A stretch of 64,000 nucleotides of DNA from an uncultured Planctomycetales bacterium. Its GTDB lineage: Bacteria; Planctomycetota; MHYJ01; JACPRB01. Under the pieces are notes generated by a model. It had not been told where the DNA came from, made no database searches, and saw nothing but the letters and a program-made list of their open reading frames with translations. The stretch covers positions 682 through 64,681 of the forward strand of contig CAZSCC010000566.1 in NCBI GenBank assembly GCA_964604905.1, given 5' to 3'. Below are positions 16,268 to 25,923 of this stretch, in pieces (the first letter of the stretch is position 1; each line of letters begins with the position of its first letter). The translations under genes and the position numbers were made by a program.

Positions 16268-18589
16268 ATGGAACTTCCGGGGCCTCGCCTCCATACTTAC
16301 TTAGTGATGACCCTGAGAGCGGCCTTCGCTTCCGTCCTCCTCCTTCTGGGCGGAGTCGTCTTCCCGCAGCAGAAGCGCCCCGATCCCGTCGACTTCGCCC
16401 GCGACGTCGAGCCCATCCTCAGGGCCTCCTGCGTCAAGTGCCACGGACCCGAAAAGCCGAAAGCTCAGCTTCGCCTCGACTCGAAACCCCACGCCCTGAA
16501 GGGAGGGGTCGGCGGGCCCGCGATCCTCCCGGGGAAGGGCGCCGAAAGCCCGCTCGTGAAGCTGCTCCTCTCCGCCGATCCCGAAGAGCGCATGCCCCGC
16601 AAGGCGGAGCCGCTGCCCCGCGAGAAGATCGACCTCCTCCGCCGCTGGATCGACGAGGGCGCCGCGTGGCCCGACGCCGGCGCCGCACGGCTCGAGAAGC
16701 ACTGGGCGTACGTGAAGCCCGCGCGCCCCCGGACGCCGCCGGCGAAGGACGCGCCCACGCCGATCGACGCCTTCATCCGCGCGCGGCTCGAGAAAGAGGG
16801 CGTCGCCCCGTCTCCCGAGGCGCCGCGCGAGAAGCTCCTGCGGCGGCTCTGGATCGATCTCATCGGCCTCCCGCCCTCGCCCCGGGAGATCGACGACGCC
16901 CGGGACGAGCCGCTCGAGAAGATCGTCGACCGCCTCCTCGACTCGCCCCACTACGGCGAGCGGTGGGCGCGGACCTGGCTCGACCTCGCGCGGTACGCCG
17001 ACACTAACGGCTTCAACTTCGACAGCCCGCGTTCGATGTGGCGCTACCGCGACTGGGTGATCGACGCGCTCAACCGCGATCTGCCCTTCAGCGACTTCAC
17101 GGTCGAGCAGCTGGCCGGCGACCTCCTTCCGGGCGCGACCCTGGAGCAGAAGGTCGCCACCGGCTTCCACCGGAACACCATGATCAACGAGGAGGGCGGC
17201 GTCGATCGCGAGGAGGCGCGCTGGGAGACGCTCCTCGACCGGGTTCACACCACTGCGACCGTCTGGCTCGGCACCACGCTGGCCTGCGCCCAGTGCCACA
17301 ACCACAAGTTCGATCCCTTCACGCAGAGGGAGTTCTACCGCCTGCTCGCCTTCTTCGACCATCAGGACGAAGTGACGCTCGACTTCCTCCCCCCCGAGCA
17401 GGAGGCGCGGCGGAAGGACCTCAAGGGCGAGGTGTCGAGGCTGAACGCCGTCGTGAAGAACGACCGCACCGACCCCGTGACGATGAAGGACGCGAAGGAC
17501 CGGCTCGCGCGCTGCACGAAGGAGCTCAAGGAGATCGAGGGCGTGTCCACCACCTACGTGCTCCGCGAGAAGCAGACGAAGGAGGTCCCCTCCACGCGAC
17601 TCCGCGTGCGCGGGAGCTTCGAGAACGTGGGCGAGAAGGTCTCGGCCGGCGTCCCGGCGTCGCTCCATGCGTGGCCGGAGGGGGCGCCGCTCAACCGCCT
17701 GGGCCTCGCGCGGTGGCTGGTCGGCGACGAGAACCCGCTCGTCGCGCGCGTCGCGGCCAACCGCCTGTGGGACCAGCTGATGGGGCGGCCCCTCGTCGAA
17801 TCGCCCGAGGACTTCGGCACCCAGGGCCAGCCGCCCCTCCACCGCGAGCTCCTGGACTGGCTGGCGGTCGAGTTCATGGAGAACGGGTGGAGCCAGAAGA
17901 AGCTGCTCCGCACGATCGTCCTCTCCGCCACCTACCGGCAGTCGTCCCGCCTGACGCCGGCGCTCCTCGAGAAGGACCCGTACAACCGCCTCCATGCCCG
18001 CGGGCCGCGCCACCGGCTGGACGCCGAGCCCATCCGCGACGTCGCGCTCACGGCGAGCGGGCTCCTCTCGCGCAAGATCGGCGGCCCCAGCGTCTACCCT
18101 GTCCAGGCCGACATGAGCGGCGTGACGCCGATCAACAAGGTGTCGACCCAGTGGACCCCGAGCGCCGGGGAGGACCGCTACCGCCGCGGCCTCTACACCT
18201 ACTGGCGAAGGACCGCGCCCTTCGCGGCATTCGCCACCTTCGACGCGCCGAGCCGCGAGTGCTGCACCGTCAAGCGGCAGCGGACCAACACGCCGCTCCA
18301 GGCCCTGAGCGGCCTGAACGACCCCGGCTTCTTCGACCTGGCGCGCGGCCTCGCCCGTCGCGCGATCGCGGAGGGGGGCGCGGACGACCGATCGCGGATC
18401 GCCTACGCCTTCCGCTGCTGCACCGCGCGGACCCCCGTGAAGGATGAGATCGACCTGCTCGAGAAGGAGCTGGGCCGCGAGCGGGAGCATTACCGGAATG
18501 GAAAGGGGAAGGGCGACGCGGAGCTCTCGGCCTGGGCGATCGTGGCGAACATCCTCCTCAACCTCGACGAGACGATGAGCCAGGAATGA
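16268..18589 (+). CDS. PSCyt1 / DUF1549 / DUF1553 domain protein (planctomycete cytochrome-c-like)
   Basis: [17 protein letters not shown] (PSCyt1 CxxCH), [11 protein letters not shown], and a long DUF1553-type C-terminus. Starts at ATG 16268 or ATG 16307; the track ORF upstream of 16268 overlaps the previous gene. Confidence 0.9.
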   Translation: MELPGPRLHTYLVMTLRAAFASVLLLLGGVVFPQQKRPDPVDFARDVEPILRASCVKCHGPEKPKAQLRLDSKPHALKGGVGGPAILPGKGAESPLVKLLLSADPEERMPRKAEPLPREKIDLLRRWIDEGAAWPDAGAARLEKHWAYVKPARPRTPPAKDAPTPIDAFIRARLEKEGVAPSPEAPREKLLRRLWIDLIGLPPSPREIDDARDEPLEKIVDRLLDSPHYGERWARTWLDLARYADTNGFNFDSPRSMWRYRDWVIDALNRDLPFSDFTVEQLAGDLLPGATLEQKVATGFHRNTMINEEGGVDREEARWETLLDRVHTTATVWLGTTLACAQCHNHKFDPFTQREFYRLLAFFDHQDEVTLDFLPPEQEARRKDLKGEVSRLNAVVKNDRTDPVTMKDAKDRLARCTKELKEIEGVSTTYVLREKQTKEVPSTRLRVRGSFENVGEKVSAGVPASLHAWPEGAPLNRLGLARWLVGDENPLVARVAANRLWDQLMGRPLVESPEDFGTQGQPPLHRELLDWLAVEFMENGWSQKKLLRTIVLSATYRQSSRLTPALLEKDPYNRLHARGPRHRLDAEPIRDVALTASGLLSRKIGGPSVYPVQADMSGVTPINKVSTQWTPSAGEDRYRRGLYTYWRRTAPFAAFATFDAPSRECCTVKRQRTNTPLQALSGLNDPGFFDLARGLARRAIAEGGADDRSRIAYAFRCCTARTPVKDEIDLLEKELGREREHYRNGKGKGDAELSAWAIVANILLNLDETMSQE

Positions 18590-20004
18590 ACCCCGAAGAT
18601 CTCAAGGCGGTCACGCGGCGCCACTTCTTCTCGAGGAGCGCCTGCGGGATCGGCACGCTCGCGCTGGGTTCGCTCCTCCAGGAGGGCCTCTTCGCGGGGG
18701 ACGAGCGGAATCCGCACCACGCCCCGAAGGCGAAGCGGATCCTCTACCTCTTCATGATGGGCGCCCCCTCGCAGATCGACCTCTTCGATCCGAAGCCGAA
18801 GCTCGAGGAGCTGCACGACAAGCCGATCCCGGAGGAGATGATCAAGGGGCAGCGCTTCGCGTTCATCAAGGGGACGCCGAAGGTGCTGGCGTCCCCCTAC
18901 AAGTTCCAGAGGCACGGCCGGTCGGGCGCGACGATCTCGGAGCTGCTCCCCCACACGGCGTCGATCGTCGACGAGCTCGCGATCGTGCGCTCGATGCACA
19001 CGGACCACTTCAACCACGGACCGGCGCAGATCTACATGAACACGGGCCACCAGATCCCCGGCCGGCCGAGCATGGGGTCGTGGACGACGTACGGCCTGGG
19101 AAGCGAGGGGCGCGACCTGCCGGGCTTCGTCGTGCTCGTCTCGGGGAAGATCGACCCCGGCGCCGGCGCGGCCTGCTGGTCGAGCGGCTTCATCCCGAGC
19201 AGCTACCAGGGCGTCGAATTCCGCTCGAAGGGCGACCCGGTGCTCTCGGTCTCGAACCCGGAAGGGGTCGACCCGGAGGTGCGGCGTCGGTCGATCGACG
19301 CGATCGAGGCGCTCAACCGGAAGCGTCTCGAGGAGACGGGCGACCCCGAGATCGCCACCCGCATCGCGGCGTACGAGATGGCCTACCGGATGCAGATGAG
19401 CGTGCCGGAGCTGGTCGACCTCTCGAAGGAGCCCAAGTGGGTCCACGAGATGTACGGCACGGAGCCCGGGAAGGCGTCGTTCGCGAACAACTGCCTCCTC
19501 GCCCGGCGGCTCCTTGAGCGCGGCACGCGGTTCGTCCAGCTCTATCACCGCGGCTGGGACCATCACGGGACCGACGCGAGCGACGACCTGATGAGCGGCC
19601 TCCCCGCGCTCTGCCGGCAGACCGACCAGGCCACGGCGGCGCTGATCCGGGACCTGAAGGCGCGGGGGCTCCTCGAGGACACGCTGGTGATCTGGGGCGG
19701 CGAGTTCGGGCGGACGCCCATGAACGAGTCGCGCGCCGCCGGGAAGTTCCTCGGTCGCGACCACCACCCGCGCGCGTTCACGGTCTGGCTGGCCGGCGGG
19801 GGCATCAAGCCGGGGATCTCGATCGGCGCGACCGACGAGCTCGGCTACAACGTGGTCGAGGACGCGGTCCACGTCCACGATCTCCACGCGACCGCACTCC
19901 ATCTGATGGGCATCGACCACACGAAGCTGACCTATCGTTTCCAGGGCCGGGACTACCGGCTGACCGACGTGCACGGAAAGGTGGTGGACAAGCTGCTTGC
20001 GTAG
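18586..20004 (+). CDS. DUF1501 domain protein (sulfatase-like fold, Tat signal)
   Basis: Twin-arginine signal [28 protein letters not shown] and GRDHH motifs. ATGA start/stop overlap with the preceding gene. Confidence 0.9.
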   Translation: MNPEDLKAVTRRHFFSRSACGIGTLALGSLLQEGLFAGDERNPHHAPKAKRILYLFMMGAPSQIDLFDPKPKLEELHDKPIPEEMIKGQRFAFIKGTPKVLASPYKFQRHGRSGATISELLPHTASIVDELAIVRSMHTDHFNHGPAQIYMNTGHQIPGRPSMGSWTTYGLGSEGRDLPGFVVLVSGKIDPGAGAACWSSGFIPSSYQGVEFRSKGDPVLSVSNPEGVDPEVRRRSIDAIEALNRKRLEETGDPEIATRIAAYEMAYRMQMSVPELVDLSKEPKWVHEMYGTEPGKASFANNCLLARRLLERGTRFVQLYHRGWDHHGTDASDDLMSGLPALCRQTDQATAALIRDLKARGLLEDTLVIWGGEFGRTPMNESRAAGKFLGRDHHPRAFTVWLAGGGIKPGISIGATDELGYNVVEDAVHVHDLHATALHLMGIDHTKLTYRFQGRDYRLTDVHGKVVDKLLA

Positions 20005-20593
20005 CGCCCTCGCGCTCCTCCTGTGCCTGGCCTCCTGCGCCACCGGCCCGAAGGCCCCCGCCGCGATCGACCTCCTCAAGCTCATCGACCCCAAGCGGGA
20101 CGCGGTCGACGGGGCGTGGGCGTTCGACGGCGGCGTCCTGGTGACCTCGACGGTCAGCTTCGGGCGCCTGCAAGTCCCCTACGCGCCGCCCCCGGAGTAC
20201 GACGTCCGGATGGTGGCCGAGCGGCGGGGCCCGGTCAACTCGATCGTGCTCGGCCTGGTGGCGGGCGGAAAGCAGTTCGCGGTCGTGATCGACGCCTTCC
20301 CCCGCGACACGACGAGCGGGGTGGACCGTGTGGACGACAAGGCGTTCCCCGACAACGAGACGGGCTTCAAGGGGGTCCTGCTGGCGGAGGGGAAGGCTTC
20401 TACTATTGTCGCCTCGGTCCGGAAGGGCTCGCTGGTCGTGACGGTGGACGGCCGGAAGATCGTGGACTGGAAGGCCGACTACAAGCGGGTCTCGCTCTAC
20501 CCGAACTGGAAGGTCCCGCGGGCGGACGCCCTCTTCCTGGGCGCCTGGACGACCCCCTACCGCATCCACTCCCTGGACCTGGTCCCGATATGA
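19997..20593 (+). CDS. hypothetical lipoprotein (possible lectin/jelly-roll-like)
   Basis: Lipobox LCLASC. Overlaps the DUF1501 stop by 8 nt, so probably the third gene of the operon. TTG start as given in the track. Confidence 0.6.
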   Translation: MRSALALLLCLASCATGPKAPAAIDLLKLIDPKRDAVDGAWAFDGGVLVTSTVSFGRLQVPYAPPPEYDVRMVAERRGPVNSIVLGLVAGGKQFAVVIDAFPRDTTSGVDRVDDKAFPDNETGFKGVLLAEGKASTIVASVRKGSLVVTVDGRKIVDWKADYKRVSLYPNWKVPRADALFLGAWTTPYRIHSLDLVPI

Positions 20594-20621
20594 TAAAGTA
20601 ATCCGATTACTTTATCATATC
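20587..20621. terminator. AT-rich perfect palindrome (17-nt arms, 1-nt centre) between convergent genes; candidate bidirectional terminator
   Basis: gatatgataaagtaatc c gattactttatcatatc. Both stop codons (TGA 20591..20593 on the plus strand; TCA 20615..20617, i.e. TGA on the minus strand) lie inside the arms. Confidence 0.5.
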
Positions 20622-21580
20622 TTGTTGGCCTGGGCGAGAGGGGGCTGGCCGCCCAAGACGCGGATCAGGTTCTCGGCCGCCATCGTCGCCTGGCGCTCGA
20701 CGCTCTCGTACGTGCGCGACGCGACGTGGGGAGTGAGGACGACGTTGGGCGCGCCGAGCAGCGGGTTGGTCTTTGCGATCGGCTCGGGCTCGACCACATC
20801 GGCGCCGTAGCCGCCCAGCTGGCCGCTCATGAGCGCCGCCGCGACGTCCGCTTCGTGGATCAGGGCGCCGCGCGCGCAGTTGAGCAGGTAGGCGCCCTTC
20901 TTCATGAGCGCGATCCGCGCCGCGTTCACGAACTCCTTGTTCTCCCCGGTCAGGTTCATGTGGAGCGAGACCACCTCCGAGGCCCGGAGGACGTCCTCGG
21001 CGGCGGTCTTCCGCTCGATCCCGTGCTGCTTCGCGAACGCCTCGTCCCAGTAGAGATCGAAGGCGCAGACCTTCATCTCGAACGCGACCGCCCGCTTGGC
21101 GACCTCCTTGCCGATGCGGCCCAGGCCCAGGATGCCGAACGTCTTCCCGGCGAGCTCGCGGCCCGTCGAGCGCTTCCACTCGCCCTTCTTGACGACCGCG
21201 TCCTGCTGCGGGATGAGGCGGGTCAGGGCGAGCAGCAGCCCGAACGTGTGCTCGGCGACCGTCACGTGGTTCACGCCGGGGCAGTAGGTCACGGGGATCC
21301 GGAGCTCCGTCGCGGCGGCCAGATCGATCTTGTCGACGCCGATCCCGTACTTCGAGAGGACCTTCAGGCGCGGGAGACACTTCTGGAGCACGGGGCGGGT
21401 GAAGGCGTCGTCGCCGCAGACGATGCCGTCGAAGCTCCCGACGAGCTTCAGCATCTCCGGCTCGGGGAGCGGGCCGCGGGCGCGCTCGACCTCGAAGCCG
21501 GCGCCGGCGATCAGGTCGTGGTGCCGTCCGGGGGTGTCCTGGAACGACGTGGTGGTGATCAGGATGCGCGTCTTGTCCAT
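20615..21580 (-). CDS. D-isomer-specific 2-hydroxyacid dehydrogenase (phosphoglycerate dehydrogenase-like)
   Basis: NAD-binding GILGLGRIGKEVAKRA. Catalytic-region pattern NCARGALIHE ... TPHVAS. Confidence 0.9.
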   Translation of the reverse strand: MDKTRILITTTSFQDTPGRHHDLIAGAGFEVERARGPLPEPEMLKLVGSFDGIVCGDDAFTRPVLQKCLPRLKVLSKYGIGVDKIDLAAATELRIPVTYCPGVNHVTVAEHTFGLLLALTRLIPQQDAVVKKGEWKRSTGRELAGKTFGILGLGRIGKEVAKRAVAFEMKVCAFDLYWDEAFAKQHGIERKTAAEDVLRASEVVSLHMNLTGENKEFVNAARIALMKKGAYLLNCARGALIHEADVAAALMSGQLGGYGADVVEPEPIAKTNPLLGAPNVVLTPHVASRTYESVERQATMAAENLIRVLGGQPPLAQANKI

Positions 21581-21608
21581 GGTGCTCCTCGTGCTCCGGC
21601 GGGGTCGA

Positions 21609-23657
21609 TCAGGCGGACTGTTGCGACATCTCCAGCAGCGCCGCGGTCAGCGCGCCCTTGGCGGTCGCGTTGAGCGGGTCCTTTGCCAGGCGGACCTCCT
21701 TCACGGGGATCGGGAAGTCCAGGTCCTTGAAGATCGTGCGGACGAGCTCGATGAAATTTCCCGCGAGGGCGGTGCCGCCCGAGAAGACCATCGTGATCGG
21801 GTCGGCGAAGGTCGGCATGTTCTCGGCGGCGCGGAATCGCTCGGCGATGTTGCTGAGGTTGTACTGGATCAGGTTGCGGTAGTAGATGGCGATGGCGTCC
21901 TCCTCGCGGGTCCTCGGGTTCATGAGGTCCACGCCCTTCTCCTTGATGAGCGCCGCCCTTGCGGGCTTCATGTTGAGCGTCTGTCCGACGTTGAGGTCGA
22001 TCCAGTCGCCGCTCCGCGCGGTCGAGAAGGTGAGCGCCGGCATCGACATGTACGCCACGCAGACGTTGAACATGCCGCCGCCGCAGGAGACGCCGATGCC
22101 GGTGAAGTCCTCGTCGGCCAGCTCGGAGAACGTCACGGCGTGGCCCTCGATGATGTGGCGCGGCGTGTAGCCCAGCGCCCTGAGCACCGCGTCGAAGAGG
22201 TCGCGGTGGTAGGCGACGGAGAGGTCGGCGTCCACCGGTTCGCCGGGGACCGAGTAGAAGCACGATTCGCCCGTGACCCGCGGCTCGCCCAGGATCGACC
22301 CGATCAGGAGCTTCATGATGGGGAGCGCGTCCGTCTCCTTGGGCGAGATGAGCCCGTCCTTCATGGGCCGGCGCGTGTTGCGGTTGAGGACGTTGGCCAG
22401 CTCGAAGGCCTGCTCGCCCAGGACGTACATGCGGCTGCCCTGCATGAAGTAGGGGACGTTGAGCCGCGTCAGCATCGACTTCGTATAGGCCGTCGTCTCG
22501 ACGTCGATGAACGCGTTCCGGGCGAGGCGGAGCTCGACCTCGCCCTGCACGTTCTGCTCCGCGGCGACGAGGTTGACGGTCCCGATGTCGAGGCCCTTGC
22601 CGGTGAGGAGTTGGCCCGCCTTGGCGGCGGCCTTCCTCCGCTCGAGGAGCACGATCGGGATCCGCTTGGGCCCGCGGGCCTTCTCCTCCTCTTCGGCGCG
22701 GCGCGCGGCCTCCTCGGCTTCGGCGCGGGCCTTCGCCTCCTCCTCGGCACGGATCGCCTCCGCGGCCTCGGTCTCGGCCTGTTCCGCGGCGCGGCGTGCT
22801 TCCGCCGCGGCCTCGGCCTCGGCCCTGGCCTTCGCTTGTTCTTCGGCGCGGCGGGCGGCCACGGCCTCTGCCTCGACCCGCGTCTTCTCTTCTTCCTCGG
22901 CGCGGCGCGCCACGTCGGCTTCGGCCTCGGCCTGTTCCGCGGCGCGGGTCCTCTGCTCCTCCTCCTCGGCACGGCGGTCCCCCGCCTGCTTGGCGTCCTG
23001 CGCCTTCTGCTGCTCGCCCTCGAGCTGGGTCCGGAGCGAGTCCACCTCCTGGAGGGCGTCGTCGAGCTCCTGGGAGGCGCCGGCCTGCTCGTCCGCCTTC
23101 GCCCGCAGGGCCTCGAGCTCGCGCGTGAGCCGGTCGATCTCCGCCTGGAGCCTCTTGATCTCGCTCTGCGCCTTGTCCAGCTCCTCGACCATGCGATCGT
23201 GCTCCTCGCGGAGCCAGACGTTGTCCGCGAGGGACTCCTTGAGCTTGGATTCCGTGGCCTGCTGGCGGTCGATGATGTCCTTGAGCTGGGTCTTGAAGTC
23301 GGACTCGCCCTCCTCCTCGATCTGGCGGCGGAGCTTGAGCTCGTTCTGGAGTTTCTCGATCTGCGCGACGAGGTCGGTCTTGCCGGCCTCGAGCAGGTTC
23401 GCCCGGGAACCGAACTGGTCGCGCTCGGCCATGAGCTTGGAGAGTTGCTTGCGGGAGTCGGCCAGGATCTTGGTGCGCTCCTCCGCGGTCTGCGTGGAGA
23501 TGACCAGGTCGACGGCCCGCTCGATCATCTCCTGGAGCGCGGCCTCGTCGAGCACCTTGACGTTCCGCACCCCCATGCTGGCGAGGTTGGAGACCGTCGT
23601 GTGCTGCGCGCCCTGGTCGATGACCTTCTTGATGTCGAGCCGTCTGTCGTTCGCCAT
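21609..23657 (-). CDS. actin/MreB-fold (ASKHA) ATPase with a long N-terminal coiled-coil / EA-rich extension
   Basis: C-terminal ~330 aa carry GLDIGTVNLV, RPMKDGLI, GIGVSCGGGMFNV, MVFSGGTALAGNF and AKDPLNATAKGA in MreB order. The N-terminal ~350 aa are heptad-like and E/A/R/K/Q-rich. Confidence 0.8.
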   Translation of the reverse strand: MANDRRLDIKKVIDQGAQHTTVSNLASMGVRNVKVLDEAALQEMIERAVDLVISTQTAEERTKILADSRKQLSKLMAERDQFGSRANLLEAGKTDLVAQIEKLQNELKLRRQIEEEGESDFKTQLKDIIDRQQATESKLKESLADNVWLREEHDRMVEELDKAQSEIKRLQAEIDRLTRELEALRAKADEQAGASQELDDALQEVDSLRTQLEGEQQKAQDAKQAGDRRAEEEEQRTRAAEQAEAEADVARRAEEEEKTRVEAEAVAARRAEEQAKARAEAEAAAEARRAAEQAETEAAEAIRAEEEAKARAEAEEAARRAEEEEKARGPKRIPIVLLERRKAAAKAGQLLTGKGLDIGTVNLVAAEQNVQGEVELRLARNAFIDVETTAYTKSMLTRLNVPYFMQGSRMYVLGEQAFELANVLNRNTRRPMKDGLISPKETDALPIMKLLIGSILGEPRVTGESCFYSVPGEPVDADLSVAYHRDLFDAVLRALGYTPRHIIEGHAVTFSELADEDFTGIGVSCGGGMFNVCVAYMSMPALTFSTARSGDWIDLNVGQTLNMKPARAALIKEKGVDLMNPRTREEDAIAIYYRNLIQYNLSNIAERFRAAENMPTFADPITMVFSGGTALAGNFIELVRTIFKDLDFPIPVKEVRLAKDPLNATAKGALTAALLEMSQQSA
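22674..22979 (-). repeat. in-frame imperfect tandem repeats encoding an EA-rich low-complexity tract
   Basis: Protein residues ~227-328: RRAEEEEQRTRAAEQAEAEA / RRAEEEEKTRVEAEA / RRAEEQAKARAEAEA / RRAAEQAETEA / RAEEEAKARAEAEEAARRAEEEEKAR. DNA words such as ctcggcctgttccgcggcgcgg occur twice. Confidence 0.8.
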
Positions 23658-23873
23658 GGATTACTCTCGCAAAGCCAATGGGAGGCTCGATTCTACGGAC
23701 TGGGACGGATGGGTTCAATGTCGATCCGTCGTCGGCGGCGGAATCGCGGCGGGTCGCGGGGCGGGGCGAGTCAAGAGTGCATCGCGGGAGAGATTGACAC
23801 ATAAACAATCGTCCGGTGAATGCCACGGAACGCGATCTCGGCCGCCCCTCTTTCCATAGTAGGAGGGGATCTC

Positions 23874-25877
23874 ATGGCGATGCTGATCGCGGCGCTCCTG
23901 GGGTTCGTCTCTCAGTCGGACTGGGGGAAGCACCCGGAGAACCAGTGGGTGAAACAGAGCCCGCGCGAGGGCGCCCCGGCGCCCAGGCTGGGATGGGAGG
24001 GCAGCGGCGCCTACGATCCCCTCCACCGCACGTGGATCCACCATGCGGGGCACGACGGCATCCCGCAGGGATTCGTCCTCTTCACGTTCAGCCTCGATTC
24101 GGGCGCCTGGCAGCAGCGCTTCCCGGCGAACTCGCCTCCGGGCGTGTGCTGCGTGGACGGGGCGAACGTCTTCGACCCCGCGGCCGGGCGGTTCGTCCGG
24201 TTCCCGGGCGGGAGTCTGGGCCACGGCTACCAGTGGAGCCGCGGCGTGCGGCTCAAGGAGTCGCCCGTCTGGCTCTACGACCCGTCGGCGAACCGCTGGA
24301 CCAATATGCGGCCACCGCCCTACGCCGAGCCCGAACGGCGCCAGGCGACCGGCGGACTCTGTCCCGGAGCGGCCTCCGCGGAGAACCTCGAGCTCTCGAT
24401 CTCCTTCGGCGGGACGGGCTCCGCCGGGGCGAAGAACAACCTCCACGCCTACGACGCGTGGACCAACACGCTCCACCTCCCGAAACCGGCGAATTCCCCG
24501 GACGCGCGGGACGGGATGGGACTCGCCTACGACCCCGGGAACGACGTCCTCGTGATGTTCGGGAGCCAGTACTTGAGCGACGAGAAGACCTGGCTCTACC
24601 GCTTCAAGACGAACGCCTGGGAGTCGCACGACCTGTCGCCCCGCCCGCCCGGAAAGAAGACGGGCACCTACTCGACGATCCCGAAGATGGCGTACGACTC
24701 GGCGAACCGGGTCCTCCTCTGCATCGCATGGCTGGGCGAGAAGGGCGGCCACGAGACGTGGACGTTCGATGCGGCCAAGCTGCAGTGGGCGAAGATGGAT
24801 CCGAAGGCGGACGTCGCGCCTTCGAAGAGCCGCGCGCGGAATCTCGCCTACTCGCGCGACCACAATGTCTTTATCCTCGAGACCACCGCCGTGAGCGGCG
24901 GGCCGGAGGTCTGGACCTACCGAACCCGGAATGCGCCGGCGCCCGTCGCGACGTTGTCGGGCCTCGAGGTCGTCACGGAGAAGGAGAAGGCGGTCCTGGC
25001 CTGGAGGGGCGCGGCCGAAGCGGAGATCCTCCGCGCCGAGCCGGCCGATCCGTGGGCGCTGGACTTTAAGAAGCTCGGGGCGGCGAAGGGCGGGCGGTAC
25101 GAGGACGCCGGCCTCGTGGGCGGGAAGGCGTATGTCTATCTCGTCCGGAGCGGCGGCGCGGTTCTGCGAGGCCGCGCGCAGCCGCGCGTCCCCGAGCCAC
25201 CCACGGTCTCGGTCGTCACGGCCGACCGGGTGGAGGTCCGCTGGAGCGCGCATCCGGCGAAAGACGTCGCCGGCTACAACGTCTACCGCGGCATCGCCGC
25301 TGTCAAGACGGTCATGAAGGGGCAGCCGGCGCCCTGGAAGGACAACGACCCCGAGTACGCCGGGCCGCAGGTGGTCCGCATCGTCGACGTCACCAGGATC
25401 GAGAAGCTGAATGGCGCGCCGCTCGCGGGGACGGCGTTCGAGGACCGGATCGACCTTTCGAAGAAGGGGCCGGAATCGGAAGACTACGCGTGGGCGGTAT
25501 ACGCCTACATCGTCCGTGCGGTGAACCGTCTGGGGACCGAGAGCGGCCCGTCGCCCTATGCGCTTACGATCCCCTCGGAGCCGCCGGGCCTGCTGTGCCG
25601 CGAGAAGGGGACGACGGCGGAGCTCCGCTGGGGCGCGAGCCCCGAGAAGGGGATCCGCGGGTATCACGTCTACAAGCTGGAAGGCGGCGTCTTCGGGATC
25701 AAGCGGGTGACGGAGACGCCGGTCGCCGCGACGACGTTCACCCACGAGGCGGGGAAGGGCGCGACCCGCTACTGGGTGGTCGCGGTCGACGCGCTCGGCC
25801 AGGAGGGCCAACCGTCGTCGCCCGCCTGGTTCGGCCAGTCGTACAAGGGCTTCTTCGAGGGCGAGTGGCACCCCTGA
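23874..25877 (+). CDS. Kelch-like beta-propeller plus fibronectin-III-like domains, membrane-anchored or secreted
   Basis: AGGAGGGG RBS precedes the ATG at 23874. N-terminal hydrophobic segment MAMLIAALLGFV. Propeller blades (NRWTNMRPP, NAWESHDL, LQWAKMDP) followed by two FN3-like segments (VEVRWSAHPAKDVAGYNVYR; AELRWGASPEKGIRGYHVYK). Confidence 0.8.
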   Translation: MAMLIAALLGFVSQSDWGKHPENQWVKQSPREGAPAPRLGWEGSGAYDPLHRTWIHHAGHDGIPQGFVLFTFSLDSGAWQQRFPANSPPGVCCVDGANVFDPAAGRFVRFPGGSLGHGYQWSRGVRLKESPVWLYDPSANRWTNMRPPPYAEPERRQATGGLCPGAASAENLELSISFGGTGSAGAKNNLHAYDAWTNTLHLPKPANSPDARDGMGLAYDPGNDVLVMFGSQYLSDEKTWLYRFKTNAWESHDLSPRPPGKKTGTYSTIPKMAYDSANRVLLCIAWLGEKGGHETWTFDAAKLQWAKMDPKADVAPSKSRARNLAYSRDHNVFILETTAVSGGPEVWTYRTRNAPAPVATLSGLEVVTEKEKAVLAWRGAAEAEILRAEPADPWALDFKKLGAAKGGRYEDAGLVGGKAYVYLVRSGGAVLRGRAQPRVPEPPTVSVVTADRVEVRWSAHPAKDVAGYNVYRGIAAVKTVMKGQPAPWKDNDPEYAGPQVVRIVDVTRIEKLNGAPLAGTAFEDRIDLSKKGPESEDYAWAVYAYIVRAVNRLGTESGPSPYALTIPSEPPGLLCREKGTTAELRWGASPEKGIRGYHVYKLEGGVFGIKRVTETPVAATTFTHEAGKGATRYWVVAVDALGQEGQPSSPAWFGQSYKGFFEGEWHP

Positions 25878-25905
25878 GCGGTGTACAGCCCTGAGCGGTG
25901 TATAG
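25872..25905 (+). repeat. 17-nt tandem duplication spanning the stop codon of the preceding gene
   Basis: ccctgagcggtgtacag (25872..25888) is followed directly by ccctgagcggtgtatag (25889..25905), with 1 mismatch. Confidence 0.8.
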
Positions 25906-25923
25906 TCAGGAGAGGACCGACCC

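Noticed and set aside
13257-16268. 1003-aa minus-strand ORF and the 669-aa alternative-frame plus ORF 13607..15616
   Set aside because: They overlap the PQQ-propeller and Kelch genes, which have signal peptides and repeat structure. The rejected frames are Arg/Pro/Gly-rich.
22674-22979. Repeat tract considered as a CRISPR-like or non-coding tandem array
   Set aside because: The repeats are imperfect, of irregular length and in frame within a long ORF (an EA-rich coiled coil). There is no repeat-spacer periodicity. No CRISPR array is present anywhere in the window.
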